Origin: Gnetum montanum
Lineage: Eukaryota; Plantae; Gnetophyta
DNA: 64,000 bases
Reading direction: 5' to 3'
Assembly (NCBI GenBank): GCA_015680685.1
Contig: MNCI01003412.1
Span: forward strand, 124,001-188,000
This document shows, in pieces, positions 1-11,748 of the stretch. The first letter of the stretch is position 1, and the number at the start of each line of letters is the position of its first letter. The translations under genes were made by a program, and so were the position numbers. The notes under the pieces were generated by a model. The model worked only from the letters and a program-made list of their open reading frames with translations, was not told where the DNA came from and searched no databases.

Positions 1-207
1 GGTGTAATGGGCTCACTATCCAAATAATTGATCTCTCGAGACTCGATAACATAGAACACACCTCAACCAATGAGCCACATGAGTGTTTTATTCGTAGATG
101 AGATTACTTATAAAAAGATAAAATAACAAATAAAAAAATAAAAAAATGGAAAACAAAAAACTATAAAATTAAAGAAAATGAAAAATATTTATTAATCCTA
201 CTTGTTG

Positions 208-2194
208 TTAGAATGGAGGATATCCCCCATAACTAAACTGTGGAGCATGGTGAGGATTAATAAATGAAGGATGAGGATCCTTGCATGTTGGAAATATTGA
301 AACTTGGTCATACTTACCCCATTGGGGTTCACACACCTGATTATAGTAAGCATAGTGGGGAAATTTGTAAGATGTGGTTCCCAAGTAAAGAGTTGACCCA
401 CTATGATACTTGAGACCATAAGATGGTATGCAAGGATCAAAATGTTGTCCTCCATGGATATATTCATTAAGCCATATGGTTATCAGAGTGTTAATTTGTG
501 GCCTTGACGAAGTGAGACAAGGCGTCGGATTCAAGGAGAAGGATGCACCATAGTGTTGGACTTGTGCTGAGTTGGAGAATGCAGTGGCCTTGGAACTGTG
601 TTGTTCCTTCCTACGGTTATGTCTAAAGAAGGGACACCTTTGATGTTGAGGAGATCTCTCACTGCTATTAGAAATAGTAGCACAAGTAATGTTCGTGCGT
701 TGTTGCTGTGGTGCAGACACTTCAGGAATAGTTGGTGGTGATGTAGAAGGAGGGAAAGGATGAGAATGTTGAAAATTAGAAGAAGTGTAAGGTACACAAG
801 GCGGTGGTTGTGTTGAGGACATGGGCTAATAGTATTGAGAAGAATAATAATGCGGCAAGGTAGAGTATGTTGACCTAGTTGGGGAAATAGGATGTTGGAC
901 TAGATAAGCATTTAGATTTGGATGATACGAAGGGTGTCTCCAGTTTAGGGATGGCTTCCCCCATAACTGGGATTGTTGCCACTATGATTGAACATAGAAT
1001 CTCTGTACAAAATCTAGGTGTAACGTGCTTCCCCAATGCTCATATAAATGTAACAAGATTGGGCATTGGCCCTTGGGGTGATTGTACAAGAAAATGTTGC
1101 ATTCATATGTATGATTGGCAATTGAGCTCTTATCTTCCTCATCCCTTCTTTCTGATTGTCTAATGATACTTTTTCCTGCTTCTCAGGTTGTCAAAACTCC
1201 ATCTCCAATAATATTGATATATTCTCCACACTTTTTATGCATCCATTCCAGCATCTTATTGATCTTTGCCTCGATTTCCTCTAATGATTGTTGTACTGGA
1301 AAAGATGGTTCTTCCTCCTTGAGATAGGTTGATTTCTCCTTTTTGTGATTATGGATCTCTGTTAAGTTGAGATTTTGGTCCCATTGATGTTTTTCAACAC
1401 TCTCCCATCTAGCCATTTCTCCTTCTTCTTTTGCTACCCGCTTAATAAGCTCTTGGAATTGATGGATTCATAGTTTGCATAGTTGACCTTGGGCATACAT
1501 CCCTAGGATTTCTCTTGTTTCATCACAAAGCCCATCAATGATATGGTACATTAGCCCTTCCTCGGAGAACTCATGGCCTGGACAGTTGTTTAATAGTGCA
1601 TAATATCTTTCTAAGGCCATGTCCAAGGGTTCATGTTGTGCTTGTTTCCACTCTTGGATTTTTTTCCTCAAGGTCGACACTCTTGCGTAGGTTTGATATC
1701 TTTCATTAAAGAGTTTTACCATTGTTGGCCAATGTTGTATTGAATTTGGTTTTAATGATCTATACCATACTTTTTCTTGGCTACCAAGTGTCATAGGAAA
1801 GAGCTTGAGTTTTTGCCAACCATTATCAATGTTGTTCCATGCACAAGCATCGTAGAAGGCTTGTAAATGTTGTTGCGGATCTAAGTCATAGCCAACTGAG
1901 AAATTTGGGAAAGTTGTTTAAATCGAGCCTGGGTAGGCGGCTCTCTTTACAATGCCTTCAGGAGATTCGAACAAGCTCTTGTATGTTCGTTAGGTTTGTA
2001 GTGGCCAGTAGGGGTTCATCATCATCAAGTAAGATATGCTTTCATGCATTGGGACGATGCTGCCTTCGTTTATGTTTATAGGAAACTCCCACCTCTGATT
2101 GCGCACTCCAATCTTCATTGTCATATAATTCGTTGGTTCTCCAATGAATTGCCTCACTAGATGTGGTGTTATCGTAGTCTTATAGGAGAGTCAT
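208..2194 (-). pseudogene. gag: Disrupted gag with P/H/S-rich C-terminus; no protease or pol visible before the AT-rich 3' region
   Basis: ORF pieces 1468-1794, 1183-1416 and 208-822; similar to gag at 12788-13399; stops and frameshifts. Confidence 0.8.
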
Positions 2195-2316
2195 GGTTGT
2201 GCAATTGTGTGTGAATTTGTATGTGACTTTTTGTAATTATTTCTTCCTAAAAGATATATCGTTAATTCCTATCTAGCAAACTTTTATGATATAACTAATC
2301 TAGATAACTAGCATCG

Positions 2317-2334
2317 TCCCCGGAAATGGCACCA
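2317..2334 (-). other. Primer binding site, tRNA-Asp type
   Basis: Minus strand reads TGGTGCCATTTCCGGGGA 1 nt after the LTR end; Athila-type consensus is TGGCGCCGTTGCCGGGGA. Confidence 0.85.
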
Positions 2335-2335
2335 A

Positions 2336-3188
2336 TGATGAGTTGCGAGGTACCCCTACACTCAACCATATGAATACGAGTGTTTTATGCACGATCTGGT
2401 TGAACTCTGCAGATGGACTAGTTGTGGTATCTAGACAGTTACTTGTAGATCGTAGTTCATTGTTTTCCCACCTGGACTAGTATTAGCTTTGTCATGTATG
2501 GTTTAGTCTAGAGTGACGTGAATGATGTGTTTCTAACTAATGCTACTCTTGAGTATGATGGTAAATAATGTCAACTAAACTAGGAGAGAGAATGGGAGAG
2601 AATCTAAACTAGCCTAAGTGTGATGAGCATCCATTCCTTAATCATCCGTACACATCTTAGACCTCATGCATGACTACCACTAGGATTACCAAGCATATGG
2701 CCTAGGTATGCTACTAGGTTACCAAGTAGTCACACTTAAATGCTCGTGATTAAGTCGTATCCATTCCGCATTACTAGGAGATAAGGGTAAAGAGATATTA
2801 ACTAAGATAGCAATAAATAATGATAATAATTAAATAATTAAGTAATTAAGCTAAGTGGATGTTGCAATGATGAAGTAATCTCGATCTTTATTGCCGGTCA
2901 TGTGCATGTCCAAGTACGTCACACTCGAATAAGGATGTTGTACAATTGCAATCATCACACTGCAGGCATGCACTAGGAGAAAAGGGTTGAAGTAAAACTG
3001 ACAAAAGGTCTCTAAAAAACTACTAAAGTTAAACTTAAAAACTTCAAAAACTGCCTACCAGATTTGCCTACCTCTTATTTATAGATGGGGAGACAGGCTG
3101 CGTTATTACATACGCGATATCATGTACGTGATATCGTGTACGTGATATCATGGGTGCGATATCGTAGCCAAAAATTCATGACTCATCA
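2336..3188 (-). repeat. 5' LTR, family B (853 bp)
   Basis: TG...CA with 7-bp inverted termini; CTATAAATAAGAGG TATA on minus strand near 3071-3084; homologous to 17825-18582. Confidence 0.88.
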
Positions 3189-4673
3189 CTACTCCTTTGG
3201 CTTGGATCCTTTACCTTTCGTTACTCATGAGGTAGGAACTCTCCTTGATTAACAACATATACCATCTTGGACTTTAAAGATCTCTTGGTCCCTTTGATGA
3301 AGTCCTTGGTTTTCTTCCTTAAAACCTTAGATTATTGAGCACTCCTTTGCTCAATAATAGATACTCGAGAATTCATTTTCTCATTGATCTCTATTTCATT
3401 AGATCTTTCTTCTTTCTCATTTCCTTGATTAACATTTACATTTCCCATAAAAGTGCAAGAATTAATTTCTATTGCATCTTCAATCGCAATAGTTCTACCT
3501 TCATTAGAGGATTCTTCTTTTTCAAATATTTGGAGTTCCTTTCTCTTGGAAACCTTTGGCTTATTACACTTCCATTTTTTGTGTCCCTTTTCACCAGAAT
3601 TGAAGCATTGAAGGTTGGAGGCATAACCATTTCCTTGATCCTTTCCATTCTTGGAATTTTGGCCCTCCTTAAACTTCTCTTGCTTCTCATTTATGTCTTT
3701 CTTGGCATTTTATTTCTCGTTAGCTCCTTTCTCACCTTTAGAAGCTTTGGAGTCCTTGCCTTTAGAAAGTTTGGGACCTCTATTGTATCCTTGAAGATTC
3801 TTTTCAGCCTTAAGAGCCAATTCAAAAGCCTCATCCAATGTTTGAGGCTCACAAAAAGTTAGCTCTTGTTAAAACTCCCTCTAAGTCCTCCTTGAAAGTT
3901 AGAAACTTGTTCATAAGCTGGAAATACTTACAAAAATCCATGTAGTAAGCCTTCACACTCTTATCGCCTTGCCTTAGGTACTTCAATTTTTGGATGGCCT
4001 CTTGTCTATGATGAGTCTTCTCAAATTTTTGCTTGAGCATGAACTACATTAAAGACCAATCCTTGATAGAAGTGCCATTATTCACCTTGTAAGAATGACT
4101 TTCCTTCTCCCACCATACAAGTGCTATGCCTTATAATTTAGTTTCAACAAAAGACACCTTTTGATTATGTTCTACATCTTCAAGTTCAAAGTACTTGTTA
4201 ATCATTTTCAACCAAGAGAGAAAAGCTTTAGTTCCTTCCATGTCATTGAAGGATTTGACTTCAACATGAGGCATCCTTGAAGCATGTCTAAAAGCTTTTG
4301 CAAGAGTGACATCAATTCCTTCACTTTGCTTCCTTTGAGGCTTAGAAGAAAGTTCCTTTTCCCCTTTCCTAGGAAAATTGAAGCTTTGCGACTTATTTTC
4401 AGCACTAGAAGCATGAACAAAAGCATCATCTTGAGCTTTTCCTTCTCCAAAGTATTCATTTTCAAAAGGAATATCATCTTCAAGGGATGGCATTGAGGAA
4501 TGTCTTGGTGAAGAATTACATGACTTGTACCCTTGCTCAGATGCTTTTGGTGAAGAAGTAGGTCCTTTGTTCTCTCCAAGCTTCTCAATTTTCTCAACAA
4601 TGAGCTTCAGAGCATTTCTCATGTCATCCATGTATCTTGACAAAGCTTGAATTGTCTTCTTCTTCGAAGGCAT
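3189..4673 (-). pseudogene. gag: Disrupted gag with degenerate zinc knuckle
   Basis: FLSWLKMINKYF...KVSFVETKL*GIALVWW...LRQGDKSVKAYYMDF; knuckle-like CFNSGEKGHKKWKC near 3565-3607. Confidence 0.8.
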
Positions 4674-5030
4674 GATGGAAATTGATTTAAAATGAAATTT
4701 TTACAAAATTCAACAAGGAAAGGTGAAATTTTCAAGATTTCTCAAGGAATGAGACAAGAAATTCTCAGATGTTAGGAGAAATGAGCATAAGATCTTCAAA
4801 TCCTAGGTATTACAAGCCAATGAATGTCCAATTTCACAATTATTTTCCAATTCTTGAAAGATATGATAAACTTAGGAATCAAAGGAAAATTTTAAAACCC
4901 TAGGATGAGTAGAAAGTAGCAAGAGAGAATTCACCAAGTTTGAGAATTTGGAGTGATTCTTTGCAATTGAGATGCGAATTATCCACTTGAATGCAGTTGC
5001 CTTCAATTCCAAGCTACTTTGATACCAATC

Positions 5031-5765
5031 TGATGAGAAGCTCCCATGGATTCCACAATCCAAGCTCTCTCAAAGTCACAAAATAGCAAATTTGAATAAG
5101 AAAAGGAAAATGAAAGTTGTACTCTTGCTCAAATGGAGAATTTACATATGAAAGGAATCACAATTCCCAAGGACAGACAAGATTCATTTCAACTTTCATA
5201 CACTCAATCCAAGAAAACACACACTCACACGAATGATGATCAAGGCACAATGGCAAGACTCTCTCTCTCTACTCTTCTCTCAACTCCCCACATGCTCTAT
5301 TTCTCTCTCTGACTCTTTTTATCAAACTAAAGGCCCAACAGGTCTATTTATACCTTTTTCCCCTTGTCTCTTCATCTTCCCTCAAATTTATCATTTAATT
5401 GAATGTTCGGTAAAATTCATGGAAGATATCTTTGAGAAACAAGAGACGTCTCTCTTAAGTGTAGAAATTATCAAAGTAGACGTCTTGGAGGAAACGTCTT
5501 GTAGTAGACATCTTGGCAGAGATGTCCTGTAATCCAACCATGACCTTGGAATCCAACTTTCCATAGTATGCTTTTGAAATATAGACATACCATGTCTTCC
5601 CAAAAGGGTAAAGATGAGATACTAGTATATCCGAATTCTCGAACCATTTCTTAATTAAAGAGATGTCATTAAAAGATGTAGTTAGAATTCTATTAATAAT
5701 ATGAATAATGTAATACACCATCTTAATTTAAAGAAATTGTGGTGGCACTTGTTTATTAGGCATCA
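5031..5765 (-). repeat. 5' LTR of the CRM-like element (735 bp)
   Basis: TGATG/CATCA termini, adjacent PBS, minus-strand TATA near 5343-5353, GACGTC-like repeats at 5420-5530. Confidence 0.75.
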
Positions 5766-6399
5766 TTCATCTAATCATCCTCCTTGTTATTGATCTATGC
5801 AACACCATTCTACTACAATGTATATGGAATTATGAACTCTTGTTTTACACTACTAAACTTACAATAGGTCTTAAATTTGTTAAAATATAATTTCTGCCAC
5901 CATCATATCTTAATGTTTCTATCTTCATACGTTTTTTAGTTTCAGTTCTTATTTTGAAATGTTTGAATGTTTTCAAAACTCGTGACTTATGTACCAAGCC
6001 ATAAAGACATGCATCCAACTAAAATCATCTACGGAGATTACAAAATATCTTTCATTTTTTATACCTTGGGGTGAAAATGGACCACACACATTTAAATGAA
6101 TAACTTCAAAAAAGGTAGATGGTCCATTTTTCTAATATTACTTACTTTACAATTAAACGGTCCATTTTTCTAATATTACTTACTTTACAATTAAACCTTT
6201 GGTTGTCGTTAAATTTGAAAATATTATGATATAATTGATGTAGTCTTTTTAAAGTTGTTAAATTTGAAAATATTATGATATAATTGTAGTCTTTTTAAAG
6301 TTTTAACATTTACATGTCTAGGATTCAAATGTCATTTCATTAACTAATCTTGATTGGCTAACATATATACATAAGATGGTGATCCCCAAATTTGCATGA
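5766..6399 (-). pseudogene. Ty1/Copia integrase fragment (base-layer element)
   Basis: Hand translation IHLNVCGPF...RYFVISVDDFS...KS...FKHFK...KIETLRYDGG...FKTYC...PYTL**NGVA matches the Copia rve consensus; not in the ORF track. Confidence 0.85.
6121..6303. repeat. Two local tandem duplications (38 bp and ~50 bp units)
   Basis: GGTCCATTTTTCTAATATTACTTACTTTACAATTAAAC x2; GTTAAATTTGAAAATATTATGATATAATTG...TAGTCTTTTTAAAG x2. Confidence 0.85.
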
Positions 6400-9120
6400 T
6401 GTTGGCACATTTCTTCACATTTCTTCCATTCGATGAGGCAGCAATTTGTGACTATGATGTAGGCTACAACAAAGATTCTAAAGTTGTTTGAAAAAGCCCT
6501 TGTATTTCATATATGAATGATGGGTTTATTCCTAGCTTGAAAGATGAAGCTGTTGGTAGTTCAGCCAAGGAATCTCTTAACTTATCAAATCATGCAATTT
6601 GCAACCCCAATGTTGTAACAGCATGTTTTGAATTCCCTGAAAGATCAATCGAGATGCTTGTTGGTTTGAGTGAATTTGATGATCGTGAAAGGTTCGGTGC
6701 CCTAGATGACAAAGAGTTTTGACTCCCCGGGGGCAAGCTTTTGGAGAATAGAAAGATATATCTTGATTGTAAGCATTTACCGACACCATTGTCCTTAATA
6801 ACTAAAGTGCAATTGAAAACTGCAAACACTATACCAAATATATCTTTAACTGTCCCTGGAATACTTTCACTTTTTCCTATTAAAAAGGCAGAGTTTCCTC
6901 TGAAAAATCAGCTTCAAGACACTGATAAAAAGTTATCAGAAAGAGATTTTAATGATACTAAATCATTTCAGGAAGAACTGATAATTAGCGGCTTGAAGAA
7001 TTTGCATTGTTCACTGGATTGGATAAAGGTGCCATTTAACTTTTGATTTTTGCAACATGATTGTATCAGAGAAAAAGGTTTATTTCATTTGGCCATGACG
7101 TTGATGATAAATGTTATGGAACTGCAAATGGTAAAAATAACTTCTTAAAACCATACGGCATGGCAATGGATGATTGCACTGATTTCAAATAACAATTTTT
7201 GTAAAAAGACGACCGGAAGCAGATGCATTCATATGATAGGACGTTCAAATCTCTACAGATTATCTTGTTCAACGGGAAATCACAATTCTGATGATAACTA
7301 CGCATAATACACAAAGATTTCCAACAATAGATGCAATTGTTATGAAGATAATATTCATGATTATGGAGAAATCAAAAATGTATTCATCATATCTAATTCA
7401 TGCCCATGCATAGAAAAGAATTTGGTACCAAAAAGTACTGTCTATCATATATTGGAAAAAAACTTCTTTGATTGCAATTCTGCCGATTTGATGAATTTAA
7501 ACACACACACACAGCAAGAAAGAAAATTTAAGTTGAGAAATGCCACAGAGGCTGCCCCAAATTCAAACGTGAAGACCATGCCGCAAAGCTAGGGCAGCCA
7601 ACATTCAGGCCTGTTGGTGGCAATCAGAGAAAGCAGAGAAATGATTTCCCAAAACAGGGGCAACTCCGACGAATTCTCACAGTAAACCATCCACGCCGGG
7701 GCCTTCTTCTGATGTGGAATGAGCTCGAAAGTGATCGAATCCGATGCGTTCATGGATATCCGCCGTTTGCTAACCCTAAAATTTGATCCAGCCTCTTCTC
7801 CTCATCCTTCAGGGCAAATTGCAGAGCTCCCGGGCGGCTACACCTTAGACAGAATTCAGAAACTCAGGGTGTGCAGTGAAATCATATTCAATCCAGAATC
7901 CCGGAGCATGGCCAAGCACTGTCCTCAGGCCTTGAGTTGGCGAAAAACATGAATCTGAAGGAGCAGCTTGAATCCGTTTTCTCTTGGCTCTAAGCCCTCC
8001 CGCAACGTCCCGTAGCATTTGCGCAGGCAAAACCAGGGTTTCCTCGCGGCTGCTGCGACGGTCATACTTCGCAACTGTAGCTAGAACGACAGCAATTGAG
8101 CCTGCTACGCCTAACAGAAAAACCACCTCCACTTCCAAATGCAGCGACTGGTTCTCCGTCGCCAAAACTGCCATTGCTGCCCACTCACGCCAGGGTTCAC
8201 GCAGAATGGCATCCACGGCATCGGGGACACGAAGGACGCAACGTGGCAAGCTGTAAACCCTCGTTTCAGCACCTGTCGCATATGTGCGCGATGAACATGA
8301 TTTAATATTAAAACAAAGGGGAAAGTGTTTGTTCGCCGATGCAAAAGGATTTGGTGGAAAATGAAATAAAATGGACGTACGGTTATAACATGAGTTCTAA
8401 AACTAATTTATACAAAAAAGGGAAAGGGTCATCACTTGAAAAAGGAAAAAGGGAGATTATTGGGTAGGCCACTTGCCAACTATGCCCTGAATTTCTCATA
8501 ACTTCCTATCCAAGTTACAACTTCTAATAATGATTATGAGTTAATATCTTAGATATTTGTAACACCCCTTAACTTCTCATGATGATTATAGCTATCCCGA
8601 AGTCACTATCAAAAGAGTTTAAGGGTAGAAAATAAAGAGGGGATATTTAGAGGAAAAACTTGGACGAAATATATTAAAGATTGTAAAGCATAGCTTGCTA
8701 AAGGTATCAATTCAACTACTTTGTTTTAATTTTGTAAGTTTTTTTTTTTTTCTCATTTTGTCTTAGTTTCTTAGCTAATGGTTTAGATAGTATCATGCTT
8801 AACATTTAATTTTGGGATTTTCTAGATTGCTCTTATAGCTCTATTTTTGCACAATTCAAGACTTCTATTTGATTGCCATTTAAGAGCTTATGTTGTTTTT
8901 TAAAAGCATCTTGAATAATTTAATAGTAATGTCTTTATAAAATTTCCTATTTGAGTCTAAAGGGTCTAGAAAAATCTCTAATACTTTGAGCTAATTTGAA
9001 ATAACTTCCTTTTTTAAAAGTTTAATACCTTGATATTTCAATCTTAAAATTGTTAAATTTTTTTTATAGCTCTATTGTTTGCAATTCTTGACAACTATTA
9101 ACTAGCTAAATAAAAGCTTG
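6400..9120 (+). repeat. Outer 5' LTR, left part (U3 and TATA region)
   Basis: Colinear with 32106-33599 plus 55810-57315; TATA-like CTATCAAAAGAG near 8606, reading CTATAAAAAGAG in the 3' copy near 56803. Confidence 0.92.
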
Positions 9121-10819
9121 TCTTGGAGTTGGAAATCTCGATTGCTAGAATGGGAAAACTGAAAGAGACAAGTGCTAGAATATTTTTAACCTTGAATCCC
9201 AAGGGCCTTCAGAAAATGCCAATCACCCATGGACTTATGGAATGTAAACAAAAATGGTTGTGAAAATGTAAATGTACTTGTAGACGAAATCAAAAATGAA
9301 AATGAAAACAAAAACATAAGCGTAAACAGAAATGGCCAAACAGAAACATAAATATCATTAGAAATGGTATTACAATTGCAAACCCAAAATAAAATCAAGT
9401 GCAGAAATGAAAATGTAAATTGAAAATTGCATAACATGAACAATAAACTTTATAAAAAATAAAGAATAAAGGTTTATGAAGTATAGGTTTCGTGCCAAAA
9501 CAACAAAAAGTTGTTGGTGGAAATTCAAAGTCTGTTGGAAAAGCCAGACTACATCCTATTGCAACTCCACGATCTTGTTTCTTCCCAACTCTGATTTTCA
9601 GCAACTTTCCATCAGTTTCCACTAGGGTTTGCAATGTGAAAATGGGATTGGTATTGCACTTTCAAAGCAATGGAAGCTATGTGGGAGTCTCTGTGCCTAG
9701 CGTAGTACTAGTTTTTGCTACCAAATAGCACAACAAGGTGAGGTTGTAATGAGCTTTGGTGATTGGAAAATGAAAAATGCTATTGCTGCCAAAAGTTTGC
9801 AGAAAATGTCAAAGTGTTTGGACCCAAAAAATGGTGTTAACGTTGGGTATTTATAGGGTAGGGTTGCTCTTTTTGGACCTGTGCACATCTACTATGATTG
9901 CTGATAGATTGGTGTCAACATTTAGGTTGTAATGGTCATCATCTTCTAGCGTAGTTATCATTTATGGTAATTCTAGAATGGACTATAGTCACAAACCTAT
10001 CTGTTTACTATAAATAGTAAACGGACTCTTAGTACCATCCTTACTACGTTGGCCTTAGTCAACGTTTATCTACTTTCAACATAATTTCCATTTAAAGTAA
10101 ATTTGGAATGGGCTATTGCCACAAAATTGATATGTTTACTATAAATAGTAAATAGTAAATTTATTTTTTGGGGTGTCGGACCCCAAAAAATAAATTTAAT
10201 TAATAGAGAAAAAAAGAAAACAGTGCAAAGGGATAAAAGAAGGAGACACTAACAGCTAAAGAGGAAAAGCTCACCTCAAAAGAGGAGAAACTTCAAGAAA
10301 TTAGGAAAAACGGGAGAGAAAAAGTTCAAGAGCGCAACTGCAACATTAGCTGTTGAACAATGTCTCCTTGAATAGACAAGGAGAGAATATTAGTAGGAGA
10401 ATCACGTTGAAAAACCACATTACAACGAAATTTCCAGATAGCATGGAGAATAAGGGGACAAAGGCGACACTAGATATAACTCAAAGAGCCTTGAAGATGC
10501 GGAGTGTCTCCAAAAAGAACCTCATCAAAGCTTGGTCGAAAACCCTGTAAAAACCTGCCACACCAAATCCAAGAGCTGTGAGCAAGGGGACAAGAAAAAA
10601 AATAGTGAGTAAAAGCATCTTCCCTGTGACAAATAGGACATCGCGGGTCAAGAACCCCCAGATGAAAGCGTCGAACAAATCAAATTTTGTGACTACACTA
10701 ACATCATTTTTACTATGTTGGCATTGGTGGACTACATTAAAGTTACTAGAAAGTGGCAAAAGTCATGGAAAATGTGCAAAAAGTTGGAATCTATGAAAAT
10801 GGTGGAACCGGTTGGAAAG
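9121..10819 (-). repeat. 3' LTR (partial) of the Tat-like gag-PR element, containing a LINE insertion
   Basis: Colinear with 22850-24079; minus-strand TATA CTATAAATACCC near 9845-9856. Confidence 0.85.
10161..10676 (-). mobile_element. 5'-truncated L1-like LINE fragment (ORF2 C-terminus and 3' UTR)
   Basis: Hand translation CPICHREDAFTHYFFSCPLAHSSW...LHAIWKFRCNVVF (zf-RVT CCHC and IWKxRN-type motifs); absent from the sister LTR near 23940; short A-tail. Confidence 0.85.
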
Positions 10820-11604
10820 TGATGAGCCGCGATATCGCATCTGCCATGCGATATCGCGTTCTGCCTCACCTTCTATAAATAAGAGGCGGCACCCTTTGTT
10901 CCCAATAGTTAGACTTAGACCCTTAGCCAAACTCTTATAGTTTTACCATTCCAGAGTTAGAATAATTTCTGTGTGCCCGCAGTAGGAGTCATAGAGTGAA
11001 CGGATCTTTATTCAAGCAAATTGTACCTAAGCACACATTTGTGTACAGCAATAAAGATGAAATTTATGATAAACCTTGCAGCATACGAATTAAGCTAATT
11101 AGTAATTAATTATTGTTGAATTTTTGATGCTTTCCTATTTAATTAATCTCTCTCTCAACCTTTGACTCTCTTACTTAAGTACACTTAGTACGACTACTTC
11201 GAGCATGCGTGTAGCGCTTGGTAACTTAGTAACGACTAGTGTTTGGTAATCCCAGCAGCGTTGCGTTGGTTCAGGATGTGTACAGAAAGTGGGAATGGAT
11301 ACTGGTATTAGGAAAATTAGAACTTAGTTAATGAATAGTTAAAGTAAGTTAGTCACTTAGTTCTCTTTCCCTTTCCCTTATTAGCATAAGACACCAAAAA
11401 GATAAAAGCTATAAAAATCATATACCTCAAGCTTACTTAACCATACAACTGTGACAATACAAGTAAGTTTGGGAAGACAACGATTTATTAACCCTGAGTG
11501 TTCCATTAAGGTGTGTAAGCACTTAGTCCTTGGAGTTCGAATGGATCGCACATGAGATTCTCGTATTTATATGGTTGAGTGTAGGGGTACCTCGCCACTC
11601 ATCA
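10820..11604 (+). repeat. 5' LTR, family A (785 bp)
   Basis: TGATGAG...CTCATCA termini; highly similar to 17069-17824 and 62768-63581. Confidence 0.92.
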
Positions 11605-11748
11605 TTGGTGCCGTTGCCAGGGACTTAGTTGTTTGCGCACTACGTAGAACATAGGAAATCATCCATATCGTTGGAATGCTAGAACGAACCTTTAGGGTTA
11701 ATCAAGGAAAGATAAGACAATGGAAAATCGCATACTGAACAAGACAAA

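Larger units (their letters stand above)
1..3188 (-). mobile_element. Athila-like Ty3/Gypsy LTR retrotransposon (family B), 5' part; 3' end outside the window
   Basis: LTR 2336-3188 with TGATGAG...CTCATCA termini, tRNA-Asp-type PBS, retrotrans_gag motif WYRSLKPNSIQHWPTMVKLFNERY. Confidence 0.85.
3189..5765 (-). mobile_element. CRM-like chromovirus (Ty3/Gypsy), 5' part, interrupted by the family B element
   Basis: LTR 5031-5765 with TGATG...CATCA termini; tRNA-iMet PBS TGGTATCAAAG at 5017-5027; gag ORF from 4673. Confidence 0.75.

Noticed and set aside
3335-3862. 175-aa hydrophobic, membrane-like ORF (env-like?)
   Set aside because: Antisense shadow of the K/E-rich CRM-like gag tail
6489-7046. 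In-frame TGA codons as selenocysteine or U-to-C editing sites
   Set aside because: The sequence is nuclear LTR DNA with no organellar or selenoprotein similarity; mutational decay or an antisense shadow frame explains the stops
7845-8249. 134-aa minus-strand ORF as a real protein
   Set aside because: Non-ATG start, no recognisable motif, and several overlapping ORFs as expected in GC-rich DNA; treated as part of the CpG island
10481-10759. 92-aa ORF with an apparent transmembrane segment
   Set aside because: Alternative frame of the LINE zinc-finger region, and it crosses the insertion boundary
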